Part shown: in pieces, positions 1 through 10,698 of the stretch
Position numbering within the stretch: the first letter of the stretch is position 1
Layout: the number at the start of each line of letters is the position of its first letter
Source of the DNA: Cyanidioschyzon merolae
Lineage: Eukaryota
DNA: 64,000 nucleotides
Assembly: GCA_000091205.1 (NCBI GenBank)
Contig: AP006497.2
Reading direction: 5' to 3' (one strand)
Translations under genes and position numbers: made by a program
The notes under the pieces: generated by a model
What the model saw: the letters and a program-made list of their open reading frames with translations, nothing else
Told to the model about the DNA's origin: nothing
Databases searched by the model: none

Positions 1-140
1 CGCCATTTCCCAGCGATTCCAAGAAGGAGACTCGAACCTGGAGGCCATGCATTTTTGCAGCTCAAGCCGCTGAGGCGCACACGCGCTACCACCGTTCTGG
101 GTGTATGCATCTACGTTTATCCCGTTCCGATCCCGAGCGC

Positions 141-1052
141 CTAGCGGTGCTTTTCGTAAACCCCTTGTGCCCCTGCGACAATGACCACAGAGGCCATGTC
201 GAGAAATAGTCCATGCTCGACAACGCCTACTGTGTCGCGCAGCGCTTGTGCTGCCTGGTAGGCATCGGCAATGGGCTTCTCGAAATACAGATCCACAATA
301 TAGTTCCCGTTGTCAGTGACGTACAGGGCACCAGCGGCATCGCGACGTGCCTCAGCGCGGCAGCCTGCCAGGGCAGGAAGCGCGGCAATTTTCCGCATGG
401 TATGCTGCCAACAGAAAGGTGTGACTTCCACAGGCATGGCTCCGCTGACGCCAAGACCCGGTACAAGCTTGCTCTCATCAACAATAACAATGAACTGTTT
501 GGCGCAGACTTCGACCATTTTTTCCCGCAATAGAGCACCACCGCGTCCTTTCACCAGGTTCAGTGCCGAGTCAACCTCATCCGCTCCGTCTATGGCAACA
601 TCGAGTTCTGCATCCTCGTCCAAGGTGGTCAAAGGGATATTCAAAGATCGCGCTTGCTCCTCGGTGCGCACCGAGGTTGGTACGCAGCGGATGTCGCGCA
701 GTGCTCCAGCGGCGAGTTTCTGACCTAGCCGCTCGACCGCAAAAGCAGCAGTGGAGCCTGTACCTAGACCAACCACCATGCCCGAGCGAACGTAGTCATC
801 GACTGCCTTGTACCCGACCTGTTTCTTGAGATCGTCGGCGCTCGCCATTGATGTGGAGAAAACGCCCCCAACAGCTAGTCGACGTGAATGCGCGCGTAGC
901 CAGCGTCCACTGGTACTGGCTGTTGTGCTTCTGCCCAGGATGCGTGTATACCGGTCAGTTCTGGCGCCTATGTTGCAAACCCGAGGTTGATTTTTGAGAG
1001 TCCACAGGAACGTTCCTGTTGGTGATGCGAAACTCACAGAGCGGTCGAACAT
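141..1052 (-). CDS. rpiA: ribose-5-phosphate isomerase A, probably plastid-targeted (about 70 aa S/T/R-rich N-terminal extension precedes the conserved core)
   Basis: 303-aa ORF with RpiA motifs GLGTGSTAAF, IDGADE, KGRGGALLREK; TAG stop. Confidence 0.85.
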   Translation of the reverse strand: MFDRSVSFASPTGTFLWTLKNQPRVCNIGARTDRYTRILGRSTTASTSGRWLRAHSRRLAVGGVFSTSMASADDLKKQVGYKAVDDYVRSGMVVGLGTGSTAAFAVERLGQKLAAGALRDIRCVPTSVRTEEQARSLNIPLTTLDEDAELDVAIDGADEVDSALNLVKGRGGALLREKMVEVCAKQFIVIVDESKLVPGLGVSGAMPVEVTPFCWQHTMRKIAALPALAGCRAEARRDAAGALYVTDNGNYIVDLYFEKPIADAYQAAQALRDTVGVVEHGLFLDMASVVIVAGAQGVYEKHR

Positions 1053-1620
1053 AGCCTACGAATACGTCGACAGCTTACGACTCCTGCAAATGCGACTGGG
1101 GAGCGCAGTCGCACCGCGAGCCGATGCGCCTCCTGGGCAGCCGCTCGCGCTGCGCCACAGGCGCACGGCGTGTTACGAGCAGCACGCCTTGCGGCAGGCG
1201 CTGCTTCGCCTCGGCAGACCTGCTGGTCGTTTTGTGCACGAGGGTTGCAGCTGCACGTTCCATGTGGGTTGCTGAAGCGTCACGGCTGTATTGCCGTACG
1301 ATGAATGGCGGCGCATCCGGTGTTGCGCCTCACGCTAGGCGAAAGGCGACGCAGCAGTGGCACGATCCCTGGCGGGACTCGAACCGCTGCTCTCGCTACC
1401 GACTCTAGAACATAAAAGACGCACGTGTCGTGGACAGAGTTTGCATGTTTCCTGGTGAACTCCATTTGTCAAGCATGTTGGGTCGCATAGAGCGTGAGGC
1501 ACGCGCGGTTGCGTCTGTGCGGAACGCACACCCGTTTCGTTTCGGTGCTGCGCGCCCGAACGTGGACTGCGCGGTCGAGCCCCCAGACACCACGGCAGCG
1601 AACTGGATTTGGAATGGTAA

Positions 1621-1650
1621 CGATGATGGTGATGGTGATGGTGATGATGA
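1621..1650. repeat. (GATGGT)n hexanucleotide microsatellite; produces spurious poly-His ORFs on both strands
   Basis: gatggtgatggtgatggtgatgatg seen directly in sequence. Confidence 0.9.
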
Positions 1651-2099
1651 AATTCGAACTCCGAAGCAACCACAAAGGAAGTGTGCTTGATGGCCCGACA
1701 ACCGCTCGCAGTCGCATGTTCGGGATTCTCGGATCCGATGCATCAACGCCGTGCCATGGAGGCAGTGAAGAGGCGCAACCAGCAGCGAGTGCGACATGCG
1801 CGCCTGATGCTCAGCTGTCCGGGCATCATGCGGATGCCTGAAAACCCGCTCCGAAGCAGTACATCCAAAACCACGATGAATGCTGGTAAAAATGGAATGT
1901 ATTACAGCATGCATGGCGGCTGCATCGATTTGGAACTGTTGATCTGGGACCAAGATCCGGCTAGATGGATCCCAGAATACAAGTGCGAACGGCGGTGCAC
2001 GAATCGATATCCTCACCGCTTCCTATGCGCATGCATCTTTACAGCCTCCTGAACGCAACTGGACTCGAGACGGCGCTCTGTACGCAAATCGTCCATGTT

Positions 2100-2525
2100 G
2101 TATGGTGAGGTACATGCGCTCACCGTGCCTCACCACGGAGCTTGCATCCCGCCGTCTACGCGGCACCCTGGTATCGAGCGCGCAGTCAAGGATCCCAGAA
2201 TGATCATGTATCCTGATTCCGTGTCGGGATGGAGCATTCCTTCATTCGACGCTCTCAGTGGTATGGCAAAGCCGCTCTGTCTCCGTGCAGCCTCGGTAAC
2301 AGTAATTCAGGCGCCAATGCGGGCGCTCAAAGCAGGCACCTGTCACACGACAGAACATACGAAACGACCAATACATCCGAGAACAAACAATGGAACTTGG
2401 AGGTAAGATGCAGCATGATGGACACTTCTTCGATTACCATTACCCATCCGGCAATATGGGATTCATGGTCAATGTAAACGTTTTGTCATCGAAAAAATCA
2501 GTGTACCATTTTCATCGCGTCCGGG
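2100..2525 (+). repeat. 5'-truncated copy of the 3' region/tail of the LINE family annotated at 3700-7300 (family A copy A1)
   Basis: DNA and ORF similarity (…MIMYPDSVSGWSIPS…, …acgaaacgaccaatacatccgag…, …ggtcaatgtaaacgttttgtcatcgaaaaaa) to 6900-7300, 17500-17910 and 22960-23430. Confidence 0.7.
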
Positions 2526-3699
2526 GTGAAGGGCGAAGCACCGGTTGGTGCATCAAAAACAGTGTTGTGTCCCTAGACTGACGCAAGTTTTGGATAAAAA
2601 CGGGCGTTTACATCTTGTATGTGGACGCGTGCTCGCAACTGAACTCGCTCTAGCACGTTGCTTGCAAACACATAACTACCCGTACATAGTAGACACGGTT
2701 CCAAGGTAGCTTCAGCGTTACCGGGAAAGCCACCGAGCCTAGTTGCAGCGCAACGTGAAGCAGTTGTCACTTGCCTGCATCTGTTCAGGACAACTGAACG
2801 AGACAGTTTTCAAGTTGTCCACAGTTTAGGCTCAGTTAGCGAGAGGAATACCGTTGAACAGCGCCAGGTACCTGTCCAGAGTCATACCTCCCGTATCTGT
2901 AGTACATCCGCTGGAACGCTTGAGGCAGTTCTCTGCCAGCGCTCATGCGAGCCGTCGGCTACAGCCCTGTGGTGCCGCGGGACTCTTTAAACGCGGTAGA
3001 AATGGCAGCAGCAAACACTGCAGAATGATAAATAACAACAAAAGAAACCGGTCACAAACTATACATGAAAGAACAACTATCTTAACGCCCCATGCACCAC
3101 GTCCGCCTAGGAGGTCTAGTATTTCCGGAGGAGCTCTGAAAGTGGGTTAACACGGGGTGCTTGGGCGACGGCGAAGGAAGCCCACACCAGGGACCTTGAC
3201 CGTAACGAACGGAGGCGCGGAGGCAGTTGCAGCAGAGAATGATGACGAGAATTCTGAGCAGTTATCCGCTGCTCTCGAAACAACGCTGCGGGTTCCGGCG
3301 CAAATCCTGGATCCATCCTTGAACTCGGGCTACGTTTTACCTCCTACCTTGGCTACCTACCTCAACTTTGGAAGCAATCTCGGCGGATTCTGCGGAAGAC
3401 GGCTGGCAGCATGTTCGCGGTCGAAGCTGGAATGAGCGACTTACCCGCCTACGTGTTTGGGGAGCGGATACGAAGCCGCTGAAAGGGTGGTTTGCAGACT
3501 GTTCCCAGTGATTGAGGGGAGCTTCACGTGTCCGGCAAGATAAAGGTCGCATTCGAATCGACCTTGACTAGAGTCCTTCTGATTCTACGCTAGCGCTGCA
3601 GCAGACACTCAGTGAACGACTGGAATGCAGGAGGCAATGGTGGCGTGTGCGTTCTCACACCCTGGGGAGGGTGCATCTAAATTGACGACGTATCTCTGG

Positions 3700-6600
3700 A
3701 GTACCGCAGCGCTATTCCTATTCCCTTATGCGCTACGACTCGATAGGTTTCGCATCATGGAATATTTGTGGGATAACCTCGAAACTATACGACGAGATAT
3801 CGAATTACCAGTACAGTAATGAAGAACTGATACACGTCGAGGACTGTACAAAAGGAAAAGAGATCCAACGGGATACGGAGAAGGAGACACAGAAACCTCA
3901 TGATCCACCTAGATGCAAAATAACCAGAGAAAGCAGCTCAGGAAAGAGCCCGAAGAAGAAGAAGACCAGCAAGAAAAAAACAGAAGAATAGAAAAAAGAA
4001 CTCCCAAACGAGCCCATCACAAGTTATCCCCTGAAAGGGCACCCCAGCGGGAACTCAAGAAAGCCGTCGCCGAACCCAGGCACCTGCTCACAGCGCTGAA
4101 GATCCGAAATGCCGTGCATGCAAATCTTTAGACCAATTGGCACGCGAGTTTGTAGATGGGAATCAGAAGACTGCCAGAGAACTGGGACTGCTTGCACCAG
4201 AACACAACAGTTGCAAACCTCAGTACCTCAAACGACGTACCAAAACTCGGATTGATGAATGCCACCGACTCAATAAGATCCTCAACCGCACCGCCATACG
4301 CGCCAACGCCGGAGACAAGGAAGCGAAGGCAGTCCCAACGGCGCTACAGGCACAACATGAGGAAGCTATCAAAAGAAAGAAGAAACGTTCCAGAGAAGAC
4401 AAACGAGGGGATCGAAACCGCAAAATCGCCTCCCTGGCGAAATCTATGCTCGAGAGCACCACCGAAGATGAGACCTGGCGCTACATTCGATCGAGACTGG
4501 ACCCACCAAAAAAGTGCTTGGGGCTCACACCAATCGTTTATAAGAAAGCGCTGAGGACGGAGAGTGCCTCAGTGAATGAGGCCTGGACGGACCACGGCAC
4601 AGAATTACATGAAGACGCAACTGGGCACTGCCGAAACCGAAACTATTGGCACCAATATGCTGCAGAACTACCACGCCTCGACCCGGTACCGGAATGGAAC
4701 GACCCAATCTTCTGGCCTGAATCTGTTCGGGCCCTGTTAAGCTCATGCAACCGCAAAACACCTGGCATTGACGGTATCGCTGCCGAGTGGATGAAACTGG
4801 TGATCCCAAAATACGAGACAACAGGGACACCATCGATACCAGATAAACCTGACACAATCTTAGGCAAACGCCTTCTGGAGCTCATCCAACGCATGTTTGA
4901 AGAAGCCTACATCCCTGATGTATGGAGGGCTGCCGAGGTCGCACCGATCCTCAAAAAGGACTCCCACATACACAGACACGAACAACTACCGGCCTATCGG
5001 CCTCATCCCGTCAATCATGAAGCTACTTTTGCGCCAACCTCACGAACCGGATCCAGAGAGGCCTCGAGGAACGCAAGTTCTTCGCCCCAGGGAGGGCTGG
5101 ATTCCGGAGCCGCGAGGAGTGCATGAGCCATGCCCTGACCCTCACTGAAGTGGCGCAACGTCGCTTTATTCGTGACCGACAACCAACTTACGTATGCTTC
5201 ATTGACTTCCAAAAGGCCTTTGACACGGTCCCGCACGAGGCCCTATTTTTGAAGATGGAACGAGCCGGAGTCTCCGCAAAGTGCTTGGCGTTCTTCCGTG
5301 CGCTCTCTGCAGACTCGTGGATGCGCATCCGACTGGGCGACGGCTGAAGAACCCCTTCCATAAGAATCCGCCGTGGACTGCGGCAGGGCGAGCGCGCATC
5401 CCCGCTCCGTTTTAACATCTTCATCAACGATCTGCTGAACAACTGCAGACAATTCGCGGCTGAGGCGCCGTGGATAGACTGTGGAGATGCTCGGTGAGGA
5501 GCGCCCACATGGGAACTGCCTCGAAGGCCTTCTACTTGCGGACGATGTCGTGCTGTTGGCACCCGCCCTGGAAACGCTTGCGGCTAGCATGGAACAAGTC
5601 AGCGCCTGGGCCGATCGCTGGGAGATGAACGTAGGAGCATCGAAGTGCGGCGTCATGGTCATCCATGGAGACTCGCAGAGCATTCGCAATCGCTCGTGGC
5701 GGTTGCAGAATCAGGAAATTCCGATCGTGGAAAAATATCGCTACCTGGGGGTCGGTCTCACGCCGACGCTCGACGAAAAGGCACACGTCGACGTGGTGAT
5801 CGCCAAGATGCATAGACGTACAGCGATCGCACGCCCAGTCCTATCCGACCCCTCTATCCCCTTAGCAATCCGTACCAGGGCACGAAGGATGTGTATCATC
5901 CAGCCTGCGACCTGGGGTGCTGAATGGTGCGGCATGAAGCACCCAAATGCCTCGCGTCTGCAGACAGCCGCCAACAGGGCAATGAGACTCGTTGTTGTTG
6001 GATGCTCAGTGCAGAGCAGAGCAACCACCCCGCTGGCACTCGGACCTGAACTCCAAATACTCTCAATAGAAGCGATAGCACCAGGTTGCCGGGCACGCAT
6101 ACGGGCCAAAGGGCGCACTATGCGCACCTCTTTGAGTCGGGTTTTCATGCAGACCCCAACGCACCGCAAGAACACTTGGATGAAATCAACGCAGATTTGG
6201 GTGAAGCGCCTCTTAGGAGACAACATGCTCCAATCGTTCCCCAGGAATACAGAATTCTCCCGTCGCCTGAAGCGAACGGTCCAAACAACAGTACGGGAAT
6301 GTAGACATGCAGTCAGTCGCGCCCTTAACGCCGGCTTGACTCTATACCGGAACTACAACCTAGCATACACATGCAAGTACTGGTGGGAGGCGCTGGAGTT
6401 CCCGGGACTTGCTCGAGGTACCCAGTGGCTCGCGAAAATCCGCGTTGGTGGCTTCTGGCTACCAGCACGGGCTCTAAGCCGTATGGGAACACTGGAATCG
6501 CACTGGGAATCACACTGTCCCTGCTGTGGGGATGAGACCCCCAAGACGCTGACATATTTAGGCTTACAGTGCCCGCGCTGGATGCAGGAGCGCAACGAGC

Positions 6601-7300
6601 TCCTTGAAGGACAGCAGCAGCTGGGCATCATCGTGATAGCCGAAGGCCGGACACTCACTCTGAGTGTAGCACTGGCAACTGATGGTCCGCTAACGGAGCC
6701 TCAGCGCTCATTAATGGCGAACAAACTCACATGCTACCTTCTAGAAAAAAGGGTCCAGCGAATCGGATGCGAACACGGGTTTAGTGTTCTTTGTGCCTAC
6801 CCACTGGTGGGTGTCAAGCACAAACCCGCATTGCCAACCGACAACAACGCATTCCATGCATGATCACGAAGGAGAGAGGCGGCTCCCAGGATATATCCGA
6901 ACAGCCATGTTTCTCCAGCGTGTCGTGCAGCGAAGGCAAGCCTGCATCCGCAGACTGTCCAAGCACAAACTGACGTCGAGTTCCGATTCTACGTCGGGTG
7001 AAACACGCCTCGAGCCGACGCCCGCTGTGGTACGGTAACGCCGTTCTAGCTCGATGAACTATCTGCTCTAGCGTTCAAGCGCAAAGGCGAATATCGAACG
7101 GCAGGTACGAGGCACACACGATAGGACGTATGAAACGACCGGAATATCCGAGAAGAAGTATAGGTAATGGAACTTGGAAGTAGGCTGTTTGATGGATACT
7201 TCACCGCGCATTGGAAAACACAAAAAAAGTAAGAAAAGAAAAATGCGCATAATCGGAGAACGCTGGCCAAAGTAAACGTTTCGTCAATGAAAAAAATGCC
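3700..7300 (+). mobile_element. degenerate non-LTR (LINE-type) retrotransposon; 5' boundary uncertain, 3' end at the A-rich tail ...gtcaatgaaaaaaa (~7300)
   Basis: K/E-rich upstream ORFs; RT motifs in three different frames; C-terminal Cys motif; shared 3' tail with truncated copies elsewhere in the window. Confidence 0.8.
4137..6863 (+). pseudogene. reverse transcriptase ORF of the LINE, disrupted by frameshifts and stops (frames 0/1/2/0)
   Basis: KTPGIDGI pre-RT motif; NYRPIGLIPSIMKLL (motif 0/1); FIDFQKAFDTVPHEALF (motif 2); RQGERASPLRFNIFINDL (motif 4); LLADDVVLLA (YxDD-type motif 5); CPCCGDETPKTLTYLGLQCPRWMQER C-terminal zinc-finger-like motif typical of LINE ORF2 C-termini. Confidence 0.85.
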
Positions 7301-7480
7301 GCAGTTGAAGGGAAACGTGATCTTGATATCTAGCATGTAGCTCTAATGTAAACGCTGTATTTTCGTTACCTTCATAGCCAAGTATAGTTTTCAGTTCATT
7401 GGAGTTCCAAACCTCAAACATGTGTATTCAATTGTTTTGTCGCAGTATATAACAGAAGCGTTCAAGGAGCTTTCTTTTTC

Positions 7481-7500
7481 AAAAAAAAAAAACTAAAAAA
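7481..7500 (+). repeat. poly(A) tract (a10-a-c-t-a6) at the start of the AT-richer island
   Basis: seen in sequence. Confidence 0.8.
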
Positions 7501-7653
7501 GGAAAGTTATGAAAAAGCAAGTCGACAATCCTGGAGGCCGAGGGTCGTCGGCTGCCAAAAAAAAAACAAAAAACTCTGCCGAGTCCAGAAGAAAAGGAAG
7601 AGAAGAAGGACCGAAAGGAGGAGGCTCTCCGTCGAAGGCGGCAAGAAAGACGA

Positions 7654-9660
7654 ATGTACGACGAGATGGTTGTGAAAGCCGGTTTTCTTAAACATATCAA
7701 GGATCCGTACAGGGAAAACTTGCGTGACGCTTTCGAAAAACGTGTCGACTCGTACTCCAAGAGTACTGTGAAGGCGTCGTCAGGGCTGATGCATTTGGTG
7801 AGCGAGATGTATCGCGACGTGACGCACATGGAAACGGTCGAGATTCGGGGCGAGTCTCTCGACATCGCCTTTATTCGTCACCTGATGCTTGATACAGGTG
7901 AAGCGCGGAGGGAAAATGTGCTAGTGCATGCCCTCCACGAAAAACATCCCTTTGACGGGTTCGAGGGTACTCGGTACAAGGGTGACCGGAATATTTACGA
8001 CTATGGGGCCATGAAGTAACTCACGAATCTGAAGAACCGTTTGACAGTGAACCTCGAACGTTTCATGATACGCGCCGTGTTTGCGCTCTACCCGGGCATC
8101 TCTCGCAAAGGAAAATGGGCGATTATCAATGGCATCACGAACGATCGCAAACATGAAGATGAGGTCGAATTTGTCGACAAGAAGGCGTCAAACGAGAACA
8201 CGAATGCAGCTTCTGTCATCCGTGCGGCTATAAAAGAGCATCGTGCAGTCTCGGGGCTGACGAACCCAACAGAAAAGGTATTAGATTTGAAAAAAGATAA
8301 GGAAAGATACGATCGCCTCGTCCTACGGTATTTCGTGTTTTAGGACCGAGAGCTCGAACGCAAGGCAGAGATGAAGCAGAGCGAGGAAAAAAATGAAGAG
8401 TGGGAGAGACGGAAGGCGTTCCTAATGGGGAAGCGCTTCAACGTCGTTCCAATATGCAACATCAAGTCACATTTCGTGACTGTCGACTCCGGCGTCCTTT
8501 ACGGCATCATGAAGGAGATCGGTCCGGAGTTCAACGTTAGCAGGGAGGAGTTCTCCAATGAAGCCCGTGAGACGTACTGGAAGAGTATCTTCGATTTCAA
8601 ACGTCTCAAAGTAAGCAAACAAAAGGTATTCACTGGGATGATCGAAACCGATGGGATGGCCATGTGTGTACACTATCGGCGGTTGAAGAAAGATCGTCCA
8701 GTCCCGCCCTCGGCAGCGCCCGTGACGAAGGATGAAGAAAAGGAGGAGGCTGGTCCTGCGACTCGGCAGGTAGAGGATAACGACCTTGTCGTTGGCTCGG
8801 TGAAGCATGAGGATGAGAAGGAGGCGGATCCTGCCACACAGAAAGTGCAGGATAACGACATTGTCGTCGGCACAGCCCCCGGAAACACTAATATCATAAC
8901 CATCTCTGTACCAAAGCGTGCGGAAGATGGTACTGATGGTAACTTATGTCAGAAAGACATGCGTCTTTTGAGGTTCTCGAGAGCGAGATACTATAGAGAA
9001 TCCGGTATAATGAATGCGAGGGAGAAAATTGGTACGTGGAATGCAGGAATGAAGGATCACCTGGAAGCTTTGAGCGAGATGACTAGCCGAGGAGCGGACT
9101 TTCAAGCTTTTCGGGAGTTCATGGAAGTTCGCGTTGCTCGTTGGGATGCACTGTGGAAAGAGTATACAAAGCCTCGGTGGGCTCGTCTACGTATGAATCT
9201 ATTCGGTGGGAGGCAGCGAGCGTCCGCGAACTTTTTCAATCAGTTGAGTGCCCTCAAAGAGGACAAGACTCAAAGGCTCGTAGTAGCATATGGAGCAGGG
9301 CGCTGGAAGACCCAAAAAGAAACTATGCCAGCTCCAACGACAAGAACATACAAGGAGTGTGCACGGCGTTTCGTTACGATACCTGTAGATGAGTTCCGAA
9401 CGTCCTAAACACAGCATGAACTGGGTTGTACACTTCAGAGCGTCGAGATGGAAAAGTGCCAGCGGAGTGCTGAGGATATAGCAACGTACGGACCGCTGAC
9501 GGAGGAGCTAATGGAAAGGAGGGCGAAAGTTCGGGGACTACTCGCATTAGTAAGTACAACCAGCGATGGCAAGAAACGTATGGAGTTTGTTCAACGAGAC
9601 TTTAACGCTACCATGAATATTCGAAGAGGTGCGGTGTTGGAGAAAAGACCTCCAGAGTGA
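7654..9660 (+). pseudogene. TnpB/Fanzor-like (OrfB_IS605-family RuvC-like) transposon-encoded nuclease relic. One ~669-codon frame interrupted by three in-frame stops (TAA 8017, TAG 8341, TAA 9406).
   Basis: C-terminal …VTIPVDEFRTS[TAA]TQHELGC…EKCQR…FVQRDFNATMNIRRG matches the TnpB/Fanzor pattern V-x-P-x-x-TSQ-x-C-x-x-CG … RD-x-NAA-x-NI (zinc-finger remnant plus RuvC-III). The stop at 9406 falls exactly where the conserved Q (CAA) is expected. A K-rich NLS-like ORF lies just upstream (7509-7691) in another frame. Local GC is lower than in flanking DNA. Confidence 0.5.
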
Positions 9661-9831
9661 ACAAGAAAGAACTTTATTGGACAACATCTCAAAGTCGATT
9701 TATATGAGAAGAAGTTGGAACCAGCAGTGGGTGGCCGGTCCAAAAAGACGGGGAGGCGTGTTTGCACTTCAGTTGGAGACGCTTTTGCTAGGGCACGTTC
9801 ACCACCACTCCTGTACACCGGTGGCGATGGC

Positions 9832-10698
9832 ATGCAGCCTAGGAGACGGTATCGAGGCCACGCAACCATAAACGAGGAACGACATCGTGCAGCACAGTTC
9901 GCCACTGCTGCTTCTGGGTATGTCGAAGAGAGGGAGGCGGCGCTTCGTGAGCAGTGCGTCGTTTTCCAGGGAAAGTTGCAGGCGTTTGCGAGAGAGCACC
10001 GACGGGAGATAGAGTCTGATGGCGCGCTTCGGACTCGTTTTCTGGAACTCTGTATGAACCTTGGTGTTGAGCCGTTTTTGTCTCGCCGCTCAGTATGGTC
10101 GCAACTGCTGGGACTCAGTGAGTGGTACGCCCGACTCGGGTTTCTGGTCGCGCAGATCGCTTTGGCGACACGGGACTGGAACGGTGGTGTCATTCGTCTG
10201 ACGGTTCTCCGAAGGGCGCTCCAGCGACGTCTGGACGTAGACTGTGGCACTCAGGAACCCAGTGAGAAACGCGCACGCATCGTATCCAACGACGATATCG
10301 CACGCGCAGTTCGAACCCTGGAGCGATTGAGGGCAGGGTTTCGGATCATCAGTATTGATGAAGGTAAAAAGGAGTGTTGCCTTGTCTCGGGAGCGGCTGG
10401 CGAGATCAGTTTTACAGAAGACGAGAAAGCCGTGTTGCAGCGTGCACGAGCAACAGGCGGTTCGATTTGTCGACAAGACCTGCCATGGGAGAATATTCGA
10501 TGGGGGCGATCCATAGAGCGTCTGCTCCAGCTGGGCATTCTGTGGGTCGATGACGGCGCAAGTGATGGCCAGCGACGATACTGGGCCCTCGGGCTGATCC
10601 CAGAATCCATCGAGGATCAGAATCCAGTTTCCGAGTCGGGCCCCAGCGATCGATACGAAGGTCGCCCCATAACCTCAGTGGCGTCTAAGCTCCCGTGA
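9832..10698 (+). CDS. VPS22: ESCRT-II subunit Vps22/SNF8 (EAP30 family)
   Basis: alignment by eye to Vps22: …FQGKLQAFAREHRREIESDGALRTRFLELCMNLGVEPF…WSQLLGLSEWYARLGFLVAQIALATRDWNGGVIRL…NDDIARAVRTLERLRAGFRIISI…RYWALGLI; start taken at MQPRRRY (the ORF extends upstream to 9715). Confidence 0.8.
   Translation: MQPRRRYRGHATINEERHRAAQFATAASGYVEEREAALREQCVVFQGKLQAFAREHRREIESDGALRTRFLELCMNLGVEPFLSRRSVWSQLLGLSEWYARLGFLVAQIALATRDWNGGVIRLTVLRRALQRRLDVDCGTQEPSEKRARIVSNDDIARAVRTLERLRAGFRIISIDEGKKECCLVSGAAGEISFTEDEKAVLQRARATGGSICRQDLPWENIRWGRSIERLLQLGILWVDDGASDGQRRYWALGLIPESIEDQNPVSESGPSDRYEGRPITSVASKLP

Noticed and set aside
1-100. tRNA-like sequence on the minus strand (…CAGGTTCGAGTCTCC…, canonical T-loop GTTCGAGTC) and a similar motif at 1360-1410 (…GCGGTTCGAGTCCCGCC…)
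   Set aside because: In both cases the flanking 5-nt T-stem arms do not base-pair, and no acceptor/D/anticodon arms can be folded. Probably tRNA-derived (SINE-like) debris rather than functional tRNA genes; not annotated.
1335-1673. ORFs encoding HHHHHHHHH (1335-1673 minus; also 38920-39279 minus)
   Set aside because: They arise purely from (ATGGTG)n microsatellites in intergenic DNA; no other coding signal.
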